From: Candidatus Sulfobium sp.
Lineage (GTDB): Bacteria; Nitrospirota; Thermodesulfovibrionia; Thermodesulfovibrionales; UBA6898
Assembly (NCBI GenBank): GCA_037380845.1
Contig: JARRRI010000027.1
Location: 1 to 32,406 of the forward strand
Reading direction: 5' to 3'
Length of the DNA: 32,406 nucleotides
Shown: piece by piece, positions 9,611-19,474 of the stretch
How the letters are laid out: every line of letters begins with the position of its first letter
How positions within the stretch are numbered: the first letter of the stretch is position 1
Translations under genes and position numbers: made by a program
Notes under the pieces: generated by a model
What the model saw: only the letters and a program-made list of their open reading frames with translations
Told to the model about the DNA's origin: nothing
Database searches by the model: none

Positions 9611-10070
9611 GAGGTTTTCTCTTCTTAAGAGTAATTTTACCGCACCTGTTGATAAGTGTGTGCAAAAAACCCGCCTGTCCCTGTGGACAGCGGAACCGTG
9701 CGGTCTGCCTAAAAAACGGGCAGCCAAACTACCTGAAAAATAACGAAATCCTCTCCTTTTGGCCATGCCGGAAAAGTCAATCCTTTTTTTCATCGAAAAT
9801 CCTGTATACTATGGCAGGTGAGTAAGATATTCACAATCCGCCAACATAAGCAGGATAGCGCTTCTTCAAAGAATTGATGTCCCGGAAGTCCCTCGAAAGA
9901 GAGCTTTTTGTTTCAAAAGACAGAAAACTTATCGTTTACCCAAGGCTTCGTGCAACGAGGGAAGAAGGGGAACCTCAAAAGTATACTGAAGAAGCTGATA
10001 CACATCCGGAAAAGTCATTGGTGAAGACGCCGGAAATGACCCGCGGGACCAATCAGATGGAGGCAAAATT

Positions 10071-10721
10071 ATGAAGGTAATGGCATTCAACGGAAGTCCG
10101 AGGAAGAAATGGAACACGGCAACCCTGCTGCAGAAAGCCCTTGAAGGCGCCGCCTCAAAGGGGGCCGAAACGGAACTCATTCATCTCTATGACCTTGACT
10201 TTAAAGGATGCATAAGCTGTTTTGCCTGCAAGACCATAGGGGGTAAAAGTTATGGCAGATGTGCGGTCAAGGACGACCTGACCCCGGTCTTCAGGGAGGT
10301 TGAAAAGGCCGACGCCGTTATCCTGGGTTCTCCCGTCTATTTCGGGACCGTTACCGGGGAGATGAAGTCATTCATGGAGCGTTTACTGTTTCCTTATTCG
10401 ACGTATACCGACCCCCCGCAGTCACTTTTCCCCCGGAAGATCGAATCAGGCTTTATCTATACCATGGGTGTTACGGAGAAGATGATGCATGACCTTGGCT
10501 ATACTGAACACTTCGAACGACATGAAATGGTCCTGAAGAGGATATACGGGGCTTCCGGGTACATGTGCAGCTTTGATACATTGCAGTTCGATGATTATTC
10601 AAAGGTGCTTTCGACCCGTTTTGACCCTGTCAAAAAGGCAAAGAGGCACGAAGAGATATTCCCGAAGGATTGTGAGAGAGCATTTCAGATGGGGGCGGGG
10701 TTTGCAGGGGGGAAGGCATGA
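10071..10721 (+). CDS. Flavodoxin-like iron-sulfur flavoprotein (NADPH-dependent FMN reductase family)
   Basis: NGSPRKKWNT, CISCFAC..C cluster motif, ADAVILGSPVYFG..TGEMKSFMERL; SD GGAGG. Confidence 0.9.
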   Translation: MKVMAFNGSPRKKWNTATLLQKALEGAASKGAETELIHLYDLDFKGCISCFACKTIGGKSYGRCAVKDDLTPVFREVEKADAVILGSPVYFGTVTGEMKSFMERLLFPYSTYTDPPQSLFPRKIESGFIYTMGVTEKMMHDLGYTEHFERHEMVLKRIYGASGYMCSFDTLQFDDYSKVLSTRFDPVKKAKRHEEIFPKDCERAFQMGAGFAGGKA

Positions 10722-10772
10722 CAATGGCAGACTCCCTTAAATCCGGAGGAATTTCAGTTGCAGCCGCCTTTT

Positions 10773-11000
10773 TTACTTTTTCCTGTTCCTGAATCTCTCC
10801 AGAACCCCGGCGACCGCCGCCGCCGCAAAGAAACAAACCACTGCTCCGATCAGTCCGCCGGCAACGATAATCCAAGGGTCAAACGGCATTATCCCGCCCC
10901 GTGACGAAAAAAAGGCCGGGACAAGCATGACCAGGAAAATCCAGCAGATGCTTGCCAGAATCCCGACGAACAGCGGTGTCCGCCGCGTATCTTCAGACAA
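10773..11000 (-). CDS. Small two-helix membrane protein of unknown function
   Basis: TTG at 11000 after GGAGG; two hydrophobic segments and a basic tail RFRNRKK. Confidence 0.5.
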   Translation of the reverse strand: MSEDTRRTPLFVGILASICWIFLVMLVPAFFSSRGGIMPFDPWIIVAGGLIGAVVCFFAAAAVAGVLERFRNRKK

Positions 11001-11140
11001 GATCAGGCTCCTCCGACATAAAACTAAGGTATCAAAAGAGAGCGAGAAAATCAAACGGCCACACCCGGGAGAGGGTGTCCCCTTATCCCGGGATTCCAAT
11101 CCGGCCGCCCGGGCATCATAATAATAGAAGTGCAGGAAAT

Positions 11141-11812
11141 ATGAAAATGAAAGCCAAGACCTATCTGACGCGTACCTTCTTCTTGACCTTGCCCCGCAAC
11201 ATTCTCCGGTCCTTTTGGGGACGCAAGCTACTGTGGCATCTTCTTGCAGCGGCCGTCACCTTTCTCAGCGTCACATCCGGGTTTGACTGGTCCTATTTTA
11301 AAACCACCCGGCCGTTTGCCCGCTATCTCTTCCCGGCGGTCACGGTGGGATGGCTCATGCCGGTGGTTTTTCCTGTCGCCTCCTGCATTACAGGTTTTTT
11401 CCGCAAGAACCAGCGGATTGTCTGCAGCGGGTATTCGGCGGCCCAGGCGGCCGTGATCGGCCTCCTCATCGCATCTTTCTACAAGGCGCTGACCGGGAGG
11501 CCCGGTCTTCACGCCGCCCGCCAAATGGTCGATACCAGCAGGGAGTTCCGTTTCGGGTTCCTGAGAGGCGGGGTCTTCTTCGGATGGCCCTCTTCGCACA
11601 CCACGGTCGCCTTCGCGATGGCAGCAGCCGTTTGGACGCAGTACCCCGACAGCAAAGCGACTCGCTGTGCAGCCCTGCTCTACGCCCTGTTTGTAGGCGT
11701 AGGCGTTTCAATGACGATCCACTGGTTTTCGGACTTCCTTGCCGGCGCGATAATCGGAACGGTAATCGGATTCACCGTCGGAAAGACTTTCGTGAAGATC
11801 TGCCCTCCATAA
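11141..11812 (+). CDS. PAP2 family membrane phosphatase
   Basis: C1 KALTGRP, C2 WPSSHT, C3 IHWFSD; several transmembrane segments. Confidence 0.85.
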   Translation: MKMKAKTYLTRTFFLTLPRNILRSFWGRKLLWHLLAAAVTFLSVTSGFDWSYFKTTRPFARYLFPAVTVGWLMPVVFPVASCITGFFRKNQRIVCSGYSAAQAAVIGLLIASFYKALTGRPGLHAARQMVDTSREFRFGFLRGGVFFGWPSSHTTVAFAMAAAVWTQYPDSKATRCAALLYALFVGVGVSMTIHWFSDFLAGAIIGTVIGFTVGKTFVKICPP

Positions 11813-11950
11813 GAAAAGTCGGCATATCCGGGACAATCCTTCTCCACGGAAGCTCGCAGTCGGAGGATTGCCGACCGCACAACATCACATTCAGCCAGTA
11901 AGACCTGTATCCCGCATCCCGATATGCCGATGAAGGGCCATCTTAACGTA

Positions 11951-11988
11951 CCTGCGGCAAAGAGCCCAACGGGGCTCTCTGCCGCAGG
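11951..11988. terminator. GC-rich hairpin between convergent genes
   Basis: CCTGCGGCAAAGAGCCC-AACG-GGGCTCTCTGCCGCAGG; no clear U-tract. Confidence 0.5.
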
Positions 11989-12006
11989 CTGTCGGCCTTC
12001 CAGAAC

Positions 12007-12819
12007 TTATTTAGGATAAAGTCTAACCTGGACGAGGCGGGTGCCGTCATTCAGGATGTTCCAGAAATAGTTCTCGAAGACATCATTGAACACGGACAGC
12101 TCTACCTCCGTACCAGTATCACACTCGCACACTTCTCCTGTTTCACAAGTACCGTTTCCATTACCGGATACTTCCACCACATTGCACCACCAGACGTCGA
12201 AAAGATCTGTGACCTTTACGAATGTGCTCTTTTTGCCGGTTCTGTTCAAGTATACGGTCCCGGACCAGAACCAGAGGCCCTGACCGCTGTCATAGGCAAA
12301 CCCCTCTATGTTCATGCAGGTGTCGGGCTTGCCAAGGACGCGCATATAGACATCATATGCAATGACGTCCTGAGTTTTACTGGAATCGAGCGGATCTTCC
12401 TCGGTATCGCACTTTACCTGGATCGTTGCGCCGTTGTTGTCGCAGCCATCCCTGTCGATAATATCAAAGGAATCGCCGCATTCGAAGTAGATCTTCGCCC
12501 CGGCAGGCTCCTGCGTTACCCAGGTGGGATACTCGTCGTCGACGAATACCGTCTGTTCATCAGGGGTAGCCTCAGCGTTGCAAACCAGCTCGGACGGTCC
12601 TGACACGTTCTTGAGCGGAATCATAACGGCCCGGCCATTACTGTTATCGCCGCTGATGCAGTCCTCTTTCCTGGGATGGTCGGGATGGCCTATGATATTG
12701 AACTGTTCGTGTGGCCCGCTGAGTTTGGTGCCGTCAGCTGACATCAACCCAAATGAAGTACCATACCCTGCCACGAGGACCAATGCCAAAACGAGACCGA
12801 ATATTATTGACCTTTTCAT
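12007..12819 (-). CDS. Secreted Cys-containing protein of unknown function
   Basis: Signal peptide MKRSIIFGLVLALVLVAGYGTSFG after AGGAGGAG; acidic, several Cys, includes GNGTCETGEVCEC. Confidence 0.75.
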   Translation of the reverse strand: MKRSIIFGLVLALVLVAGYGTSFGLMSADGTKLSGPHEQFNIIGHPDHPRKEDCISGDNSNGRAVMIPLKNVSGPSELVCNAEATPDEQTVFVDDEYPTWVTQEPAGAKIYFECGDSFDIIDRDGCDNNGATIQVKCDTEEDPLDSSKTQDVIAYDVYMRVLGKPDTCMNIEGFAYDSGQGLWFWSGTVYLNRTGKKSTFVKVTDLFDVWWCNVVEVSGNGNGTCETGEVCECDTGTEVELSVFNDVFENYFWNILNDGTRLVQVRLYPK

Positions 12820-13193
12820 TCTCTCCTCCTCCTTTGGTTTCTCGATCATGCTTCTCTTAAGATTTCTTCTTCACATTTTCAAGATAAAATTGGGCTGTTT
12901 GTGATCTCCGTCCGCAAGCTGAAAAAAATATAAGCATCACCCCCCTGACGCTGAATAGACCTCTCTTCATGGAAATCCGGCATAAACAATCTATGACCGA
13001 ACAGCAGGACAGTCTCGGCAACTACGAGGACATAAACAGCAAAAATAAATGTGGCGAATTTCTTCGCTGGTTGTTTCTTCCCCCCTTCCCCTCTTTAGGA
13101 AAAGAATGTTAAAACTTTAGTTTTACTTCTTGAATTAATCCCTTTGTCTAAATCTCTTATCGATCGAAGTTATAAACCTTTCTTGCAGAATAC

Positions 13194-13316
13194 TGTCTTT
13201 CCCATCCGATTGCTATGATGCTTATTGCTTTTGTTGCGGCAGATATTGCTGAAAAGACGACTTTTTATTGCGGCATTGCGGAATGGCGCAATAAAAGCAA
13301 TATTGCTGATAATTGC
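13194..13316 (-). promoter_or_regulatory. Cluster of GCAA(T) boxes next to a -35-like hexamer
   Basis: Minus strand AGCAAT-N9-AAGACA (13214-13194); further TTGC on + at 13225, 13234, 13246, 13268, 13276, 13303, 13313. Confidence 0.4.
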
Positions 13317-13537
13317 TCCTTGTCCGTCTGAAAATTAAGTTGGTGAAATCAGGACGAGGGCTACGTGAAACGACTCTTCGGAACGGCACCCGCCATAAGG
13401 AAGCTATGTACTATTATGTTGTATACGGTTCTGTCCGGCCTGTCTTCTTCGGACAATAATGAAAAGCAGGTGGGGACAACTGCCACGCTTTCAAATCCGT
13501 GGCAGTTGTCCCTTTTGAATTGCGTGATCACCCGCCG

Positions 13538-15601
13538 TCACTTTGCAGGCGCATTGTGGGGAATCGGTCCCACGTGGTATGGCCGCATCATCTCGTTGTC
13601 TTCGTGATCGACGATGTGGCAGTGCCAGACATAGAATCCCGGCAGATCGAATCTCATCTTCACACGGGTGATTTCTCCCGGATACGCAATGACAGTGTCC
13701 TTGAATCCTGTTTCCCAGGGGAGCGGATTATTGCTGCCGGCAACACTGGGCCCGCCCCCGATTGCCTCACGCCCCAGCACCTCGAACTGGACGAGATGAA
13801 TATGGATCGGGTGGGCGTCTGCGGTCTTGTTGTAGATCTTCCATTCCTCGACGCGGCCCACCGCGGGGTTCTCGGTGATGGGATCCATCCAGAGAAGCGG
13901 CTCAGCCTCGTCTTCATCAGGGTCGTATGTTCCCAATAGAGCTGTAACGGGAATACCCTCTTCGCCCTCGGGTTCGTACTCCTCTTCATTAAGGCTGAGG
14001 TACCGCTCATTATCGGCAGGACCGACCGGCGTAATTGCAGGCAATTGCAAATACTGGGGCGGAGTGGTCGGATCAGCCACGGGACCGGCCGAAACCCGGA
14101 ATTCCATAACCTGACCGGTCGAGTCCGGATCAGAGGGTCCGAAGTCACTTCCGATCTCGCCGCCGCCAAAAGGCTCGTCGGGCCCCAGGTTGAGCAGCCG
14201 GAACGAAGTACCTGCCGCGGCGCTGAAGTCCACGATGATATCTGCCCTTTCAGCCAGAGCCACCAATACAGTAGCGCCCCCTCCTGTGCTGCCGGGGTAC
14301 GGATAATCGTTCAGTCGGATGGGTGCGGGCAGGAAGCCGCCTTCTGCCCCGATCTGCCACACTTCAACCCCGGGATGTTCGAACTGAAGGATCAGAAATC
14401 GTGAGTTGCAGCCGTTCAGCAGGCGGAAACGGTAGCGACGGGGTTCCACCTCCAGATAGGGCCAGGTGAAGCCGTTGACCACCATCATATTTCCGAAGAA
14501 CTCCGGGTTCCAGATAGGCGATACAGGAGTATCAGGGATATAGGGTCCGCCGAATTCATCGAAAAAAGCCCGCGTATCGGGGAAGAACAGCGATCCATCG
14601 GTGTTGAACGAGCGATCCTGGACCACGATGGGAATCTCGCCGTATTCTCCGAGGGGATCGTCACCGACTACCGGAGCCGGCCCCGGCAGAATCGCAGTGC
14701 TACCGTCCCGGCTATCCAGCACTACGTCATCCGGGCCGCCCCGGATGAGGTAGAAGCCCGCAGGACCGGCGTAGACGTTCAGCCGTGTCATCCCCAGCGT
14801 ATGGTCGTGATACCAGAGGGTCGTGGCCCGCTGGTCGTTCGGGTAGTTGAAAGAAGCCGTGCCGGGATCCCACCTGCGTTTGTACTTCTTCATGAAATAA
14901 TCGTAGAAGGTGCCGGTTTTGGCATATCTCTTCGGAATGTCAAAAGCGTTCGGCAGGTACCAGGCCTCTGCATATCCATCGCTATCTTCGTTTGTATGCG
15001 CTCCATGCACGTGCGTGACTATGGGTACCGGGCCCGTGTAGGGTCCGGGCGTTGTGGTGAAGGTCGGGCGCGTATCGCGGTCCTTCCTGCCCCCCGGCGG
15101 GTTGGCCCAGTGCAGGGTCGGGTCGACGGGCAGAAGATGCGGCAGGTAGTTGCCGTAGGCATCTACCAGTTCATTCCGCCATTCGACGCTCACCTTCCTG
15201 TTCCAGTTGGCCTCAATCGTGAAGGCCGGATAGTTAAACGTGCCGCCTTCGGTAACTGTGCCGGGATAATCAACCGACCCGTAGCTCCACACCGGCGTCT
15301 CGGGATGCGGCGGCGACAGGATCCTCTGGGTGAACTGCCTTACGGCGATCTTGTACAGATCATTGTTGTGCAGGGTCTTGCTGGGAGGCATGGCCGGCGG
15401 CTTGACCAGCGGCAACTGAAACTTGGCAACATCGCCGGGAGCGAGAGTACCCCCCGGGATTTGGGCGTATGCCTTCTTTGGAAAAGTCCACTTTACCGGC
15501 AGGTAGAGTGCCGCTCCGGTAACGGCGCATACTTTAATGAACTGCCTTCTTGACAGCGGAAGGACCTTACGGTTATTTTTCCTGTGTCCTGATTTTTTCA
15601 T
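13538..15601 (-). CDS. Tat-exported three-domain multicopper oxidase (CotA/bilirubin oxidase-like)
   Basis: Tat motif SRRQFIK; copper motifs HVHG, WYHDH, HPIHIH, WHCHIVDHEDNEM. Confidence 0.93.
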   Translation of the reverse strand: MKKSGHRKNNRKVLPLSRRQFIKVCAVTGAALYLPVKWTFPKKAYAQIPGGTLAPGDVAKFQLPLVKPPAMPPSKTLHNNDLYKIAVRQFTQRILSPPHPETPVWSYGSVDYPGTVTEGGTFNYPAFTIEANWNRKVSVEWRNELVDAYGNYLPHLLPVDPTLHWANPPGGRKDRDTRPTFTTTPGPYTGPVPIVTHVHGAHTNEDSDGYAEAWYLPNAFDIPKRYAKTGTFYDYFMKKYKRRWDPGTASFNYPNDQRATTLWYHDHTLGMTRLNVYAGPAGFYLIRGGPDDVVLDSRDGSTAILPGPAPVVGDDPLGEYGEIPIVVQDRSFNTDGSLFFPDTRAFFDEFGGPYIPDTPVSPIWNPEFFGNMMVVNGFTWPYLEVEPRRYRFRLLNGCNSRFLILQFEHPGVEVWQIGAEGGFLPAPIRLNDYPYPGSTGGGATVLVALAERADIIVDFSAAAGTSFRLLNLGPDEPFGGGEIGSDFGPSDPDSTGQVMEFRVSAGPVADPTTPPQYLQLPAITPVGPADNERYLSLNEEEYEPEGEEGIPVTALLGTYDPDEDEAEPLLWMDPITENPAVGRVEEWKIYNKTADAHPIHIHLVQFEVLGREAIGGGPSVAGSNNPLPWETGFKDTVIAYPGEITRVKMRFDLPGFYVWHCHIVDHEDNEMMRPYHVGPIPHNAPAK

Positions 15602-15699
15602 GCCAGTACCCCTTTAATCCGGTAAGAGTTCAAAGATGTGAAGAGCGGAGCCGTTACTGACTCCGCACTTCCTAACGTGGCAACGGTAAGCCGGTACAT

Positions 15700-16962
15700 T
15701 CAGGGAATGTATCCGTCTGACAGCGCCTTCAGAAAAGTTACTATTGAATTCTCCTCCTCATCGGTCAGCCCAAGATTCCCCAACTCGTCTCTGTTGACAT
15801 TCTCCGATACTTCAGGCGGCGGCCAGCAATCGGCAGCCAGCGCCTCTGCTTCAGTATATTCTCCGGGGCATTCAGGCAAGACGTCACGCGTATTATAAAA
15901 ATGAACTATCCCCTTGAGGCTCTTGAAATAGCCATTGTGCCCATAGGCCTTCACAAAATCAACGGAGGGCCTCAGGTCTACATTTCTCAGAGTGGGCACC
16001 TTCACCTTACCCATCTCACCCTCATACACTTCTTCCGGATAACCGGCGTCTCTGAGGAAGCCCCCCAGGCCGTAATCCACAAAATCGGGATCGACATTGT
16101 AGACAGGGTTTTCGGGGTTCTTCGGAACACCAAGGTTGTCGTAAGTGAAGTCGGTAAAAAGCGGGTCCCTGCCGTTGCTGAGATGGCACAGCTTGCACTT
16201 CCCTTTGCCCTGGAACAGACTGAAGCCCTTCCTCTCTTCCTTTGTCAGTCTGCCTATGTCAAATTTCGAGGAAAAGGAATTTATTTCCGGCGAGTCTTCA
16301 TATATTGCTATGGACAACGCAATGTCGTCATACGCCATATCCGATTTGGCCCTGTCTTCAGAGGACAGAGCGACCGTCGAGCCCTCAGTGGCACAGGCCT
16401 CATCTACGTCAGCCGGCCATGAGATGTCACAGGCCCCGGCGCCCCAGATTTCCTCAAAGGAAACCGGATAATCGGCCGGCACTACCGGATTGCAGACTCT
16501 GTATACGACGCAAGCTGAATCCGGAAGGGCCTGTTCAGCGGGGTTAAGGAAGGGGGCCTGGGCCTGGTCGGCGGCTGGATTGCCCAGCTTCTCTCCCGTA
16601 GCCCTTCCGTCCCAGAAGTTGCCGCCTGTCCACAACCCCCTCTTATCCATATACAGGATCGGGCTGAGTGTCGCGTATGCGGCGCTGGGCGGCTTACGGT
16701 TTCCAAACCGTCCCGCTATTGAGCCTTCATAGACCGCTCCGTGAGCATTCGTATCCGACAGAGGGCCCGTAAATCCCGCCTCCGGGCCGTGACAGGCCGC
16801 ACAGGCCTGATTCTGGTTAATGGAAAGGTTTTCGTCAAAAAAGATAGACTTGCCCAACTGCTCTTCGGGGGTGAGGGCATTTGCCGTTCCCACTCCCAAT
16901 ACAACTATCGAAATGAACAGAGCAGTAACCAATAAACCTGTCAACATTCTCCCTGATATCAT
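15700..16962 (-). CDS. Di-heme cytochrome c peroxidase family protein (MauG/BthA-like)
   Basis: Signal peptide; LGKSIFFDENLS..QACAACH; NFWDGRA; CKLCH; KVPTLRNV..YGHNGYF..IVHFYNTRD. Confidence 0.9.
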   Translation of the reverse strand: MISGRMLTGLLVTALFISIVVLGVGTANALTPEEQLGKSIFFDENLSINQNQACAACHGPEAGFTGPLSDTNAHGAVYEGSIAGRFGNRKPPSAAYATLSPILYMDKRGLWTGGNFWDGRATGEKLGNPAADQAQAPFLNPAEQALPDSACVVYRVCNPVVPADYPVSFEEIWGAGACDISWPADVDEACATEGSTVALSSEDRAKSDMAYDDIALSIAIYEDSPEINSFSSKFDIGRLTKEERKGFSLFQGKGKCKLCHLSNGRDPLFTDFTYDNLGVPKNPENPVYNVDPDFVDYGLGGFLRDAGYPEEVYEGEMGKVKVPTLRNVDLRPSVDFVKAYGHNGYFKSLKGIVHFYNTRDVLPECPGEYTEAEALAADCWPPPEVSENVNRDELGNLGLTDEEENSIVTFLKALSDGYIP

Positions 16963-17086
16963 TGTCTTCCCCTCCCTTTTTTAAACGTTCCTCATATCAC
17001 CAACGAAAAAACCGCTTCCGAAGGCACCTTATTCCCGACCCCGCTTTCCACCCCTATAACTCCTTTATCCGCCAATTTGGGGAGAT

Positions 17087-17128
17087 TGTCCAGTAGCTGC
17101 AATTGCTGTTTTTTTGGCAGAACTTGCT
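17087..17128 (-). promoter_or_regulatory. Two AGCAA boxes 21 bp apart next to a -35-like TGGACA, upstream of the peroxidase
   Basis: + strand TGTCCA 17087-17092, TTGCT at 17103 and 17124. Confidence 0.4.
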
Positions 17129-17554
17129 GCCGCCGCAATATCCACTTATTTCCGGCGTTCGTATGTTTGCGGCACTTTTGCCGGCCGTCGGAAACACCGT
17201 CTCGGCGGAAAATCCGGGGGCAAAAAAACTGTTATGCAGCGAGATGAGAGGGTGGCGGGTAGAAAGAGACTGCAACTGAAGGGAGTTCTTAACATCATGC
17301 CAAAGTTCTGCTATAGTGAAAAAAAGAGACGGGATTAATCCGTGGGGTGCCGGAAATCCCGCATGAATCGGGGGAACCCACCGTGACGGCGGTTCCCTGT
17401 TAAAGGTATCAGCTGATACGCAGCGCAGGGAGATGAATTTATGAAAAAGCATTTTGCAAGGAATCTCGGGGAGGAAGGTAGATCTGGAGGATTACATCCA
17501 TTTCAAGGCAAACAAACCGATGCGAAGAGAGGTGTTGTGATAAAAAGGAGGAAT

Positions 17555-19323
17555 ATGACGGGACGGGCATTTTTTTGTCGCTCGTGCTGGGGATATTATG
17601 CTTTGCAGCTGTCGGGGGAATGCCGGTCTACGCCGACGTATCGGGTTCCGAGCTGACAGGGGTGACGCCGGTATCTCTCCCCCTGGGGACCTTCGACATC
17701 ACTTTTACGGTGCATTTCCCTGTGGATAATACTGGTGACTATATGGACCGCTTCGATGTTACCGTGCCCGCCGACTGGACCATAAACTCGGTTTACCACA
17801 AGAATCCCGATACTGAGGGCGTTTGCGTGGGAATCACGACGACACAGGGAGTAGACGGCCATAAAATTTACTGGCAAACAGATGTGCCGACACTGCCGTC
17901 ATATTGCGGCGCGTGGAGTGGCGAAGGAGACCCTTACACTTTCACCGCCAATGTGACCGTCCCATCCTGCCCGGCAGGCCCCGTAAGCCTGGATTGGAAC
18001 ATCTACGGGGACAACTTTGGAGACGCGCCGCACACAACAAGCGGCAGTTTTTCACCGAACTTTTCGTGCATGACGACCGCGCCGAATTCGCCATCCGGCG
18101 TCAAGGCCGTCCCGGGCGGCGGACAGGCGATAGTCAGTTTCGTCCCCGGATATGACGGCGGAAGCCCCATTACCGGTTACACGGTGACCTCAAGTCCCGG
18201 CGCCATCACGGCAACGGGCTCTTCCAGCCCCATCCTGTTTAGCGGTCTCACTAACGGAACGGAATACACTTTCACAGTCGAAGCCACGAACGCAATCGGA
18301 ACAGGGCCGGCGTCTGACCCGTCCAATATTGTCACTCCCAGACCGGGTCTTATCGGTTCCAGCGATGTGCCCAGGGACATCCCGGACAATGACGAAACCG
18401 GTGTCTCATCGACCCTTGACATTGACCCGGGGGCCTGTTCAGATATTACAGATCTGAACGTAGCGGTGAACATATCCCACACGTGGGTGGGCGATCTTAT
18501 CGTCACCCTTACGCATAACGGGACATCTGCGGTGATTATCGACCGACCCGGATATCCAACCAGTACCTATGGGTGCGAGGGTAACGGCATCATCGACGCA
18601 GTGCTCGACGACTCAGCCTCGAACTCGGTGGAAAACAGCAGCTGCACGCAGGATTTTCTCGGCACTTTCTCGCCCAACACCTCCCTTTCGATCTTCAACG
18701 GCGGGGACGCATCTGGGACCTGGAGCCTCACGGTATCTGATGTTTCGGAGGGAGACGTCGGCTCACTGAACAGCTGGGGTCTCATCCTGAGCTGTGGCTC
18801 AACGAATGCTTACACCCTTACGGTGAACAGGACCGGCAGCGGCACTGTGACTGCGAGCCCCGGCCCGCTTGCATGGTATGGCTCGGCAGGCATCGCGACC
18901 TATGACCAGGGTACTTCTGTAGACATCACGACCACGCCTTCCGAAACATGCGGCGTAGTGAGCTATTCGGGAAGCTGCGTGGGCAATACTTACCTTTGTT
19001 CAGTGATGATGACCGCAGACAGGACAGTAAATGTCGCCATAAATACCTATTATGTCTGGATTGAGGATACGGGCTATTTTGCGTCAATGCAGGACGCATA
19101 TGATGCCGCTTATAACGGTGACGTACTCAGAAGCAAGGCGTCCTATCAGACGGGGGACTTACTCTTTGACGGCGACAAGCAGGTTACGATCAAAGGAGGC
19201 TTCACGGACTGCGCTTACAGCAACAATGCGGGAAGTTTTACGCCCATCGGCGGCAGCATGACCATCGGCGGCCAGGACAGCGGGGCAGGCAGTGTGACAA
19301 TCGAAAATATCGCGATCGAGTAA
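17555..19323 (+). CDS. Secreted multidomain protein (FN3, proprotein convertase P-domain, B-repeat-like, C-terminal beta-rich domain); start is out of frame at a T7 run
   Basis: AGGAGG then ATG 17555; one more T in 17570-17576 gives signal peptide MTGRAFFLSLVLGILCFAAVGGMPVYA. FN3 (DGGSPITGYTVT, GLTNGTEYTFTVEATNAIG), P-domain (DIPDN, ISHTWVGDL, GTWSLTVSD, GSLNSWGL). The uninterrupted frame is 17575-19323. Confidence 0.8.
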
Positions 19324-19474
19324 TCTTATAAGAGGAAGAATCGAGCAGGCGGATGGTCCCCGGTTCGCCTCTCTTCCTCTCGCATCACAGGCCATGTCAA
19401 AGACATTGCGATTCGCAGGCAAAGACGAAATTTGAATTCACTACGTTCCTGGGAATATTGGACAGAGTTGACCT

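Noticed and set aside
9611..9793. N-terminal extension of the GNAT ORF in the track
   Set aside because: Not domain-like and overlaps the divergent intergenic region; the start at 9610 fits better.
17331..17432. Possible c-di-AMP (ydaO) riboswitch: TGAATCGGGGGAACC..TCAGCT, with hairpin GGGAACC..GGTTCCC and palindrome GTATCAGCTGATAC
   Set aside because: The conserved central GGGGYGAAUC and GUAGGG..CCCG segments are missing. It may be a structured leader, but I cannot assign it; cmsearch with RF00379 would settle it.
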